Source: Octopus vulgaris (taxonomy: Eukaryota). Taken from it: a stretch of DNA of 64,000 nt. Positions 53,749 to 64,000 of the stretch are shown here, piece after piece. The notes beneath the pieces were generated by a model that saw nothing but the letters and a program-made list of their open reading frames with translations, had not been told where the DNA came from and did no database searches. Made by a program: the position numbers and the translations under genes. The stretch covers positions 191,394,001-191,458,000 of the forward strand of contig OX597815.1 of assembly GCA_951406725.2 (NCBI GenBank), in the 5' to 3' direction. The number at the start of each line of letters is the position of its first letter. The stretch's first letter is position 1.

Positions 53749-56700
53749 CACATCCACACAACATATACATGCATATATTCATGTATGCGTGAGTATTTAT
53801 TTCCATGTCTTTTGCGTGAAACCATTTGGGCTTCAGCCTTGGTTTAAGCTGCTGTAAATAGTCTGTCCTGCGGTTTGAGGGCTTCAGGGTTTGAGTGTAT
53901 GTAAAGATGAGTACAATGATGCATCACTTGAAAAACAGAGAGTTGACATGAAGGGTACCTAGCCGCAGAATACTATCAAAGAGAGTCTTGTCCAATTCCT
54001 GCTGCCAGCATGAAGAAATAAAAAAAGAGGAATGGTCTTCAAAACAATGATGGGATAAGCATTACATTTTTTCTTTTTTTTTTCTTCTTCTAATTGTTGT
54101 TGTTGTTGTTGTCTGGAGTCATATTCTTCACTACGTACTTAGGATCAGACTGGATTTGAACTAGGAACTTGCATTTCTAAATTAAAGGCATTAATGCTCT
54201 GAATTTAGAAATAGACAATCCTGCTGGTTCGATTACAGGAGTAAGGCAATATTGATCTGAGATCAAACTGTTTGAAACGTAGTGTGGATCATCATTATGA
54301 TCATCATCATCATCATCATCATTATCACCATTAAATGTCCATTTTCCATGCTTGCATTAGGTGGACAGTTCTACAGGAACCGGTGAGCCAGAGGACTGTG
54401 CCATGATCCAGTGTCTGCTTTGGTACGGTTTCTACGGTTGGATGCCCTTCTTCCTAATGCCAGCCACTTTAGAGAGTGTATTGGGTGATTGGGTGCTTCT
54501 CATGTGATACTGGCACCAGTGGGGTCACCGGGTAACTTGCGAGACAAGACCCCCCACCTCGACTGAAGCAGGGGGGATAGCGTTGAAGGAGGTGGCTTTG
54601 CGCCGCGTAATGTGAAGTTGAAGTATGAAAGGGTGAAAGAAACAGGTGCGTTGCTGTAAAGGAGATACATGGCTACTTCAGTCAGAGAAGAGGGAGTTAT
54701 TAAAAAAAACAAAAAAAAAACATAATCCTTACAATGAAGTCAATAGTCTGAAAAATTATCTTAATCAACATTTCAGACATTTTAAATTTTACAACTTTTT
54801 TAGGTCTGTCTTCAATATATTGCATACACGTTGCTGTTAATTTATTATTTCAACTACAACCTAAATGATGAAAATGAAAATGAAAAAAAAAAGGGGACCA
54901 AATGCATCATAGCATTTAGTTTTGCTCATCTTAGTGGAAATCACTTTCGGATGAATTTTTTTTTTTTTCTTTTCTTTATCCATAAATGGTTGGTAATATA
55001 AGTTCCAATATTGAAATCTGCGATCAAAGCAGTCGATTTATAATCCCTCCCCTCTTTCAGTTATAAGCCCTGTCTCTATTTCAGGAAACAGTTTGAAATA
55101 TATTTTTGATTGGAAATGATTTGTGCACACATGCATTAATTTTCATCTGATTCTCAGTCTACAACTGTCCAATTCTTTATTTGATTTCATCAGATCTTTA
55201 CTGTAAACTGCCAATATATTTAAATAATAACATTTATTCTTACAAAATGGAGATAGAGAAACTTGTGCAAATGAAGTTCCCAAAACAAAATAAATTAAAT
55301 AAATGTTTTTATAACAGATTGTTGTTTTCAGTTGTGACTTTTAAATAAATAATATTAAACAAGTTTTATACTATATAGTCCTAGTTTTATGTACCATTAT
55401 AACCTTGTTGATATTGACCTTTCTCCTTATTGCTTTCGTTTCTGGTTATTCTAGTGGTGCTGTTGAATATCTACCAAAAAATATTTTCTACCGGTAGATC
55501 TGTGCATTTTTTTAAATAAAAAAAAAAACAAAAACATGTATAAAGTAAGTGATGGGTTGGTTTCCCCTTTGCGCAGCACCTACAACAAAAACACCAGCTT
55601 TTCCATATAACTCTTCTACAGCATCCACATGTATATAACACTGCAACAAAAGGAAAACAGTGCACAAACATACATTTGATAGTCACAGATGAAAATATTT
55701 GGCCAACACAGACCAAAATGCGAAAACCTGTTGAGGCAATCGAAATCGATCAAAAAATGGAAATTGTAGTTGTGATACCAGTGCCAGTGGCACATAAAAA
55801 GATCCATTCAAACGTGGCTGTTGCCAGCGCCGCCTCGACTGGCCTCCGTGCCGGTGGCACATAAAAGGCACCAACTGATCGTGGCCATTGCCAGCCTCAC
55901 CTGGTACATGTGCCAGTGGCACGTAAAAAGCACCCACTACACTCACTGAGTGGTTGGCATTAGGAAGGGCATCCAGCTGTAGAAACACTGCCAGATCAAG
56001 ATTGGAGCCTGGTGCAGCCTCCTGGCTTCCCAGACCCCGGTCAAACCGTCCAACCCATGCTAGCATGGAAAACGGACGTTAAATGATGATGATGATGATG
56101 ATGAAAGATGGTGTACAGGTGTGGCTGTGTGGTAAGTAGCTTGCTACCCAGTCCTACTGTGTGGCACCTTGGGCAAGTGTCTTCTAATATAGCCTTATGC
56201 TGACCAAAGCCTTGTGAGTGGATTTGGTAGACAGAAACTGAAAGAAGCCCATCGTATATATATCATCATCATCATCATCATTTAATGTTCGCTTTCCATG
56301 CTAGCATAGATTGGACGATTTGACTGAGGACTGGCGAACCAGATGGTTGCACCAGGCTTCAATTTTGATCTGGCAGAGTTTCTATAGCTGGATGCCCTTC
56401 CTAACGCCAACCACTCCAAGAGTGTAGTGGGTGCTTTTACGTGCCACTGGCATGTATATATATACATATATCTATATATACATGTATGTATATATACATA
56501 CAAGTATATATATACATATATGTGTCTATATACATATATGTATCTATCTATGTATATACATACATAGGTGACCAAGTCAGTAGCAAAGGAGGGTGCACTG
56601 AAAGTGTACCTGCTAGAATAAGAATAGCTTGGGCAAAGTTCAGAGACCTCTTACCTCTGCTGGTGACAAAGGGCCTCTCACTCAGAGTAAAAGGTAGACT

Positions 56701-57628
56701 GTATGATGCATGTGTACGAACAGCCATGCTATACGGCAGTGAAACATGGGCTGTGACTGCTGAGGACATGCGTAAGCTCGCAAAGAACGAAGCCAGTATG
56801 ATCCGATGGATGTCTAATGTCAGTGTGCATACTCAACAGTGTAAGTACCTTGAGAGAAAAGTTGGACCTAAGAAGCATCTGATGTAGTGTGCAAGAGAGA
56901 CAACTGTGCTGGTATGGTCATGTGGTGAGAATGGCTGTGTATATATGTATGTATATATATACACATACATATGTATATATACGTACACATATGTATTTAT
57001 ACATACATATATATATATACACATACATAAAATATATACACATATACATACACACATATATATATAAACACATACATAAAATATACACACACACACACAT
57101 ATATATGTATGTATATATATATGTATGTATATATATATATATATGTATGTAATATAATATATATACATATCTATATATATATACATATGTATATATATAT
57201 ATATACTTGTGCCGCAGAGTGGAACTTCCTATGGTCATTCATGAATGAAGGGAGTCTTTATTCTTTAATATATTTATGTAATGATTAAATCATATTATGC
57301 ACTTTATTGTATTTTATTTCGTTCATGATCCACGAAGTTCTCGTAAGAATTGTCTTGCATGAAACTGGTCTGAAGCACAAAAAAATGTTGGGGTCCTTTG
57401 CTGTACAACGTCACTGAAAAATAATAATTACAGATCTTGAAGAATTATTTGAGATTTCCTTGTATAGAAAATCTGTAGAGATGGCCTTAACATGATTCAA
57501 ATGCACTGCTAACACAGTAGGACATGGTATTGACTTCTAAAAATGTTTAATATACTTCGTAGTAAGTTATGGTTGCATAACAAAATACCACATGTCTACA
57601 AGTCATTAATATATATGTTATGGATTGG

Positions 57629-58124
57629 GTCTGCCCCTCTGGCGAATCTACATGTCATGTAATGTTATAGATTGGCCCTGCCCCTCTGGCGAATCTGCAA
57701 CATGTCATGTAATGTTATGGTTTCAGTCTGCCCCTCTGGCGAATCTGCAACATGTCATGTAATGTTATGGTTTCAGTGTGCCCCTCTGGCGAATCTGACA
57801 TGTCATGTAATGTTATGGTTTCAGTGTGCTCCTCTGGCGAATCTGACATGTCTTGTAATGTTATGGTTTCAGTGTGCCCCTCTGGCGAATCTGACATGTC
57901 ATGTAATGTTATGGTTTCAGTCTGCCCCTCTGGCGAATCTGACATGTCATGTAATGTTATGGTTTCAGTCTGCCCCTCTGGCGAATCTGACATGTCATGT
58001 AATGTTATGGTTTCAGTCTGCCCCTCTGGCGAATCTGACATGTCATGTAATGTTATGGTTTCAGTCTGCCCCTCTGGCGAATCTGACATGTCATGTAATG
58101 TTATGGTTTCAGTCTGCCCCTCTG
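57629..58124. repeat. 48-bp minisatellite, about 10.3 copies
   Basis: Unit GTCTGCCCCTCTGGCGAATCTGACATGTCATGTAATGTTATGGTTTCA; the last five copies are identical. Confidence 0.95.
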
Positions 58125-58170
58125 TAAATCGGCACAAACTTTCCGGACAACACAATATATATATATATTT

Positions 58171-58683
58171 ATAGCAGCTTACCTTTCGATTTATTTTAGA
58201 ACATGGTTGAGTCCATAAAATAGGATTTGACTACACCTCCGTTTAGAGCACAGTTTAAGCTATCTTTTCGTGGAAGAAGATTTATGTTCCTATAACCTTA
58301 GTTAATTCTGTAACCCTTTAAAATGGAAGATAAAGTTCATTTTTGACACTTGATGCTTTGGGAACCAGACAAAAATTGCTGCAGCTCGGCTGGGATGTGT
58401 TACCCCACTCTCCATATTCACCAGATATTGCTCCTTCGGATTTCCACTTATTCAGGTCTCTGCAGAATAGTCTTAATGGTAAAAATTTCAATTCCTTGGA
58501 TGACGTAAAAAGATACCTTGATGAATTAATTCTTTGCCATGAAACCACCTCAATTCTGGGAAGAGGGTATTTTCGAGTTAAAGGAAAGATGAAGATGCTT
58601 GGTTGATTAAAAATGTAATGGCAAGTATTTATTGACCTTTTTCTTTCCATTAAAAATTGGCACGAACTTTCCAGACAACCCAA
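58171..58683 (+). mobile_element. Internally deleted mariner fragment with right TIR
   Basis: MEDKVHF start fused to TRQKLLQLGWDVLPHSPYSPDIAPSDFHLFRSLQNSL; right end GCACGAACTTTCCAGACAACCCAA-TA, also present at about 58126-58157. Confidence 0.75.
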
Positions 58684-58742
58684 TATATTTCGTTTTTGGA
58701 TTTGGTTTGCAAGATTCTTTATGTGAGTTTGTGTGTTGAAGC

Positions 58743-59009
58743 ATATACTGTTGTGTCTGGTGAAAGTCATTCTCTTTTGGTACCTTGTGGTTTAATTCGC
58801 TCACCAGTGGAGTTTCCACTTATTTCTTTTTTATTTTTCTAAAATTTTTGTTGCGTCTTGCAACCTTTTCAATAGTTTTGACTCTCAAAACTATTGAAAG
58901 GGTTGCAGGGCGCAGTAGGAATTTTGGAAGAATGGGGGGGGGGAGTTTTACTGGTGAATGTGTTGAGTTGTAGGGCACCAGAAGAAAGTGACTCTCCTCA
59001 GACACAACA

Positions 59010-59015
<6 letters not shown>
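58743..59015 (+). repeat. Fold-back (~135-bp arms, 3-nt loop) with strand-biased G.T mismatches
   Basis: Centre TTTTGA-CTC-TCAAAA at 58876-58890; manual pairing gives about 26 G.T, 4 A.C and 2 other mismatches. Confidence 0.85.
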
Positions 59016-59049
<34 letters not shown>

Positions 59050-59065
59050 CGAGAGAGAGAGATGG

Positions 59066-59108
<43 letters not shown>

Positions 59109-59121
59109 ACAACTTCCGCCA

Positions 59122-60325
59122 CATTCCAGGGAGAAAAACTAGAAGTAGTTGATAGCTCCCGTTACCCAGATGACCACGTCAATAGCAGGGGAGGGTGCAC
59201 TGCAAGTGTAGCTGCTAGAATAAGAATAGCTTGGGCAAAGTTCAGAGAGTTCTTACCTCTGCTGGTGATAAAGGGCCTCCTGCTCAGAGTAAAAGGTAGA
59301 CTGTATGATGCATGTGTACGAACAGTCATGCTACATGGCAGTAAACATGGGCTGTGACTGCTGAGGACATGCATAAGCTCACAAGGAATGAAGCCAGTAT
59401 GATCCGATGGATGTGTAATGTCAGTGTGCATACTCGACAGAGTGTTAGTACTCTGAGAGAAAGGTTGGACCTAAGAAGCATTAGATGTGGTGTGCAAGAG
59501 AGACTGTGCTGGTATGGTCATGTGGCGAAGAATGGATGAGGATAGCTGTGTGAAAAAGTGCCGCACCCTAGTGGTTGAGGGAACCTGTGGAAGAGGTAGA
59601 CCCAGGAAGAACTGGGATGAGGTGGTGAAGCATGACCTTCGAACTTTGGGCCTCACTGAGGAAATGACTAGTGACCGAGACTTTTGGAAATATGCTGTGC
59701 TTGAGAAGACCCGGCAAGCCAAATGAGACCATAACCTCGCGGCCTATGCCAGGGGTGTAACCAGCCCACTTATGTGTACCTTTCCTTCATTGGACATTAA
59801 ACTCTGCTTGCGAAGACCTGTTGAGGCAAGTGAAATCAAAATCAAATTCGACAACTGGCATCCGTGCTAGTGGAGCACTAAGAGCACCGTCTGAGCGTGA
59901 TCGTTGCCAGAGCGGCTAACTGGCTTCCATGCTGGCGGCGTATAAAAAGCACCATTTGAGAGTGATCGTTACCAGCGTCGCCTTACTGGCACTTGTGCTG
60001 GTGGCACCTGAAAAACTTTCCGAGTGAGATCGTTGCCAGAGCTGCTCAACTGGCTCCTGTGCAGGTGGCACATAAAAAGCACCATTTGAGCATGGCTGCT
60101 ACTAGTACCGCCTGACTGGCCCTCGTGCCGGTGGCACGTAAAAGCACCCACTACACTCTCGGAGTGGTTGGCATTAGGAAGGGCATCCAGCTGTAGAAAC
60201 TCTGCCAGATCAGACTGGAGTCTGGTGCAGCCATCTGGTTTGCCAGTCCTCAGTCAAACCATCCAACCCATGCCAGCATAGAAAGATGTTAAACAATGAC
60301 GATGATGATGATAATGCTGATGATG
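59122..60325 (+). mobile_element. RTE-clade LINE 3' portion with ~55-bp repeated 3' UTR motifs and (GAT)n tail
   Basis: GEKLEVVDS..AARIRIAWAKFRE..LYDACVRT..GRGRPRKNWDEVVKHDL*, then GTGCCGGTGGCACGTAAAAGCACC repeats; many 3'-end-only copies across the window. Confidence 0.85.
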
Positions 60326-61429
60326 GGCAGATTGCATGATGCCTGTATTAGAACTGCAATGTTGCATAGTAATGAGATAGGGGCCTTGAATTCAGAGCAC
60401 TTAAGAAGACTGGAAAGAAATGAGGTGAGCCTGCTCTGTTTGATGAAAATGCATGAATGGCACAGTAAACAAGTGCTGAGAGAAAAACTGGGCATAAGAG
60501 GGATCAGACATAGTGTGCAAGAAAGAAGATTGTGTTGGTGTGGACCTGGATGAGGACAATTTATATAATCGTCCAACCCATGCTAGCATGGAAAGCGAAT
60601 GTTAAACGATGATGATGATATATGCTGGCATCATCATTTAAATTTATAGTTTTCCATGCATCATTGATGCACTTCCTATCACCAACCCTGACCTGTTTTC
60701 AAGCAAAATAATATTTTTCCTGTGATTGAACATATTTTCATGGGAGACTGGAGATGAAGGAGATGCTTGAAATATCCCTAGAATTTCAGAAGACACTTAC
60801 TGTAAACATTGGAGGGTACCTTGTGCTTAACAAGAGTTTTGTTAACTTGTATGGTTGAGCACATTTTGTGGCCAGAAAATGCAATATCAAATGTCCATCA
60901 AGTGGTCAGTACCATGAAACTGGGATAAACTTCTGCACATGTCAGCATTTTCTAACAATGGAATGCAAAAAAAAAAAAAACCAAAAAAAAAACAAAAAAA
61001 AAAAGGTTTCCCTGTTGAGAATAAAACAAGACATTGAGATCTACAGTAAAAATCACAATTTTTATTTTGGTATTTTTAAACAAGTATTTATGATAAACTA
61101 CACATTGCAAATACTTAAGAAATATATAATTTAATGATCTTTTTTCCATTTATATTTTTATTTGTTTTATCATGCACATGTTGCTGGGAAATTACATTTT
61201 TTAGAAATTTATACATTTGCATATTATTCCAACAATGCTTTCCCCCAACTTTTAATGATTAGATTCTTTTCATGACTGCCAACCACTGGACCCTGAAGGA
61301 CAAGTGGAAGCTATTTGTTTGTCAGGTAGGTCGAGGCATGTGAAATTATCTCCTTTTCTACATAGACAACTTTAAAGTCATCCAGCCTTAACCTTGTACC
61401 CAGTATTTTTCATAATTTATAAAAGATTA

Positions 61430-62586
61430 TTATTGCATTTGAGTGTTTTCTTCACTGTCTAAATTCTGTAATACAAATGATAAATGTTCACAGATGATTG
61501 TATGGAGATCACTTGAAATATACATAAGGATTCTAAAATTGTCTTTGTCTGCTAAAACACCGCTCGGTGTGGCCATCACATCAGACAGGGTCTTGTGAAC
61601 TTGGCTGATCTTTTGGAAAAGATCAGGGCTCAATGGCATTGGCATGACTTTGCAAACTTCGGTAAAGTTAGACAGCCAATCGTAATATTCCTGGCTGCTG
61701 AAATCTGGTTTTGATACAAAATCTACTGGACCTTCAAGTTTATCACTTTGTAGAAGATGTTGAGAATCTGTTGCTATTTCTTCCTGCTTCACTGACTCGT
61801 TGTTCTCTTCAAACTGAACTTCAACAAAGTGTGGCTGATTATCTTCACCTTTTACGTTCTCTATAAGCTGCTGAGCGTATTCAACTGGCACCTCTACTTG
61901 CTCCGTACATGTTTGGTTGGGATTCTGTTCAACATCTTCCAAGCTGACGATAGTTATTACTGTGGCACCATCCGTAGTGTTTTCAATTAATGAAGGAAGA
62001 TCTTGTTCGACGATTGTCGCGGCAATCTGATTCGCTGTGTTCTCGTAGTTAGCAGAGTGTTCTTGTGATGCAGCTTCGCACATAGCCGAGAACTGCTCTC
62101 GTTCGTTTTCAGAGATGGTGCCGATGCCAGCAGACTGCATTGCCGTAGCCACCACCTGAGCCACTGTCTGTGAACTCGAGCCATCTGTTTCTTCTAAGAT
62201 AACATCTCCACTGTTCACTGGTGTGGCTATATGTGTCACTTCACTACCTGTTAATCCTTCAACTATTTGGGCAATTTTTTTATGATATGCTGTTGGTTTA
62301 TTGTCTACAGCAACTCGGGAAACAGCTCCAGCTGGAATTCGGTCATTTTCCTTATATGAGAATTGAGAGGTAGATTTGGCGTCTTGTTTAGAGATCTTAA
62401 AATTGCCCTCATGTTCTGAATGCTTACGCGTCGTGTGGACCTTTAATTGTCCAGCCCTTTTAAAAGAATCACCACAGAGTTCACAAGTGTAGGGTTTCGA
62501 ACCCAAATGTTCTTTAACATGGCGTCTTTTGCTGGAAGGGTCACTAAATCGTGCATGGCATAAATTACAAACAAATGGCTTCTTTC
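61430..62586 (-). CDS. Terminal coding exon of a C2H2 zinc-finger protein (two fingers plus acidic C-terminal region)
   Basis: Minus-strand poly-T + aag| acceptor at 62588-62587; reads (G)KKPFVCNLCHARFSDPSSKRRHVKEHLGSKPYTCELCGDSFKRAGQLKVHTTRKH, then about 330 aa open to TAA; upstream exons not found in the window. Confidence 0.88.
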
Positions 62587-63214
62587 CTTAAAAAAAAAAA
62601 AAAAAAAATCTTATTTACATGAAATTATCAACATTGTCATTAATATCAATTAACAGTTTCTTGGATAAAAAAAAAATACTGTTTCAGTACTTGTGGCTGC
62701 TTTAGTTGATTTTACCCTTCCCACCAAATTTATGTGGATGGTTTGACTGAGAACTGGCAAACCGGAAAGCTGCACCAGGCTCCAATCTGATTTGGCAAGG
62801 TTTCTACAGCTGGATGCCCTTCCTAATGCCAACCACTCCAAAAGTTTGTGCTTTTACGTGCCACTGGCATGGGAGCCAGTCAGGCAGCACTATCATCAGC
62901 CATGCTTGAATGGTGTTTTTAAGTGCCAGTCAGGTGGCACTGCCATTTGCCACACTTGAACAGTGCCTTTTATGTGCCAGCCATGCGGCACTGGCATCGG
63001 CCATGTCTACTATTTCACTCGGTTCAACAGGTTACACAAGCATGGCATACTGCCCAGCAACTGAAGGGTGTTTTTAATGCTAATTATATATATATATATA
63101 TATATACAATTTAAAAATCGGATAAAATCTTTATAAGAATTTATCAAGTAGTTAGCATGAAAAACTCCATAAGAGAAAAAAATCCACCAATTTTTTCACT
63201 TAAATATATTTATT

Positions 63215-63841
63215 TATATTATATAGAGGGCATTACTATACATAAATGCCACAAGGTAGGAGGGACTCTTAAAGTCAAAACTACCAAAATAAATAAATAC
63301 ATCGTACTGAATATAACCCTCGAAGCAAGTCACTTAAAAACGTTTTTAAATGACTTGCTTTGAGAGTAGCATTTGGTATGATGTGTTTATTTATTTTGGT
63401 AGTTTTGACTTTAAGAGTCCATCCTACCTTGTGGCATTTATGTATAGTAATGCCCTCTATATAATATATATATATAAAATTTAAAGGACTGACCACTAAA
63501 AGTGGACGGTCAATATGCTAGATATAGATGTCATTCCACGAAGAATGTGTTCTCAAGAGAAAACTCAGCACAAAACCAAAGTGTAAAAATAAGCAAGACA
63601 AATGAAAATATACGAAATCAAAAACGATTACCTATGTACCGATCAGTTTCACTTGTTAATATTCACATATATGCATACGTTTTTGATTTCGTATATTTTC
63701 ATTTGTCTTGCTTATTTTTTACACTTTGGTTTTGTGCCGAGTTTTTTTCTTGAGAACACATTCTTCATGGAAAATAGCGATTTTGACGTCTATATCTAGC
63801 ATATTGACCGTCCACTTTTAGTGGTCAGTTCTTTAAATTTT
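63215..63841. repeat. Two abutting long fold-backs in (TA)n in the zinc-finger intron (63215-63468 without spacer; 63476-63841 with ~51-bp spacer)
   Basis: First is centred on AAAAAC|GTTTTT at 63341/63342; second has arms 63476-63626 and 63678-63841. Confidence 0.9.
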
Positions 63842-63933
63842 GTATGTAAAATATATTTTAATCTTCGGATTTTCTTTTAATATGCTAGGCCACTGGTTTT
63901 AATTGATTAATATCAATTTCTACCCTTATTCAA

Positions 63934-64000
<67 letters not shown>

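Noticed and set aside
57631-57646. CTCF-like site in the minisatellite unit (reverse complement TTCGCCAGAGGGGCAG)
   Set aside because: An extra G breaks the core spacing; the match is too weak to claim
57629-58124. CRISPR-like array or repeat-protein ORFs (57672, 57715, 57752)
   Set aside because: Units are contiguous with no unique spacers and there are no cas genes; frames stay open only because the unit is 48 nt
62504-62506. ORF-track start of the 358-aa minus ORF
   Set aside because: TTG codon inside an exon that extends to the acceptor at 62586

Overview
AT-rich, repeat-dense eukaryotic genomic DNA. The SINE, RTE/CR1 LINE and microsatellite content suggests an Octopus-like coleoid cephalopod (inference). 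Three protein-coding genes are supported. (1) The 3' six coding exons of a FAM204A ortholog (+, 367-9053); the start codon was not found in the window. (2) A complete two-coding-exon TRC8/RNF139-like ER membrane RING-H2 E3 ligase (+, 29777-29957 and 48373-50036, 614 aa, 18.4 kb intron). (3) The last coding exon of a C2H2 zinc-finger gene (-, 61430-62586). Most other ORFs in the track are spurious read-throughs of repeats. The rest is nested mobile DNA: decayed mariner elements, hAT/piggyBac/Tc1-pogo MITEs, a non-autonomous Helitron, RTE/CR1/Tx1-like LINE fragments, several tRNA-derived SINE families, a 2.78-kb tandem duplication, and Penelope-like fold-back inserts in (TA)n. Most notable are a ~270-bp fold-back whose arm mismatches are overwhelmingly G.T on one strand (possible genomic fossil of an ADAR hyper-edited RNA), and a head-to-head tRNA-headed retroposon carrying a minimal type I hammerhead ribozyme. 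Further hammerhead-like motifs and one HDV-like candidate occur in other repeats.
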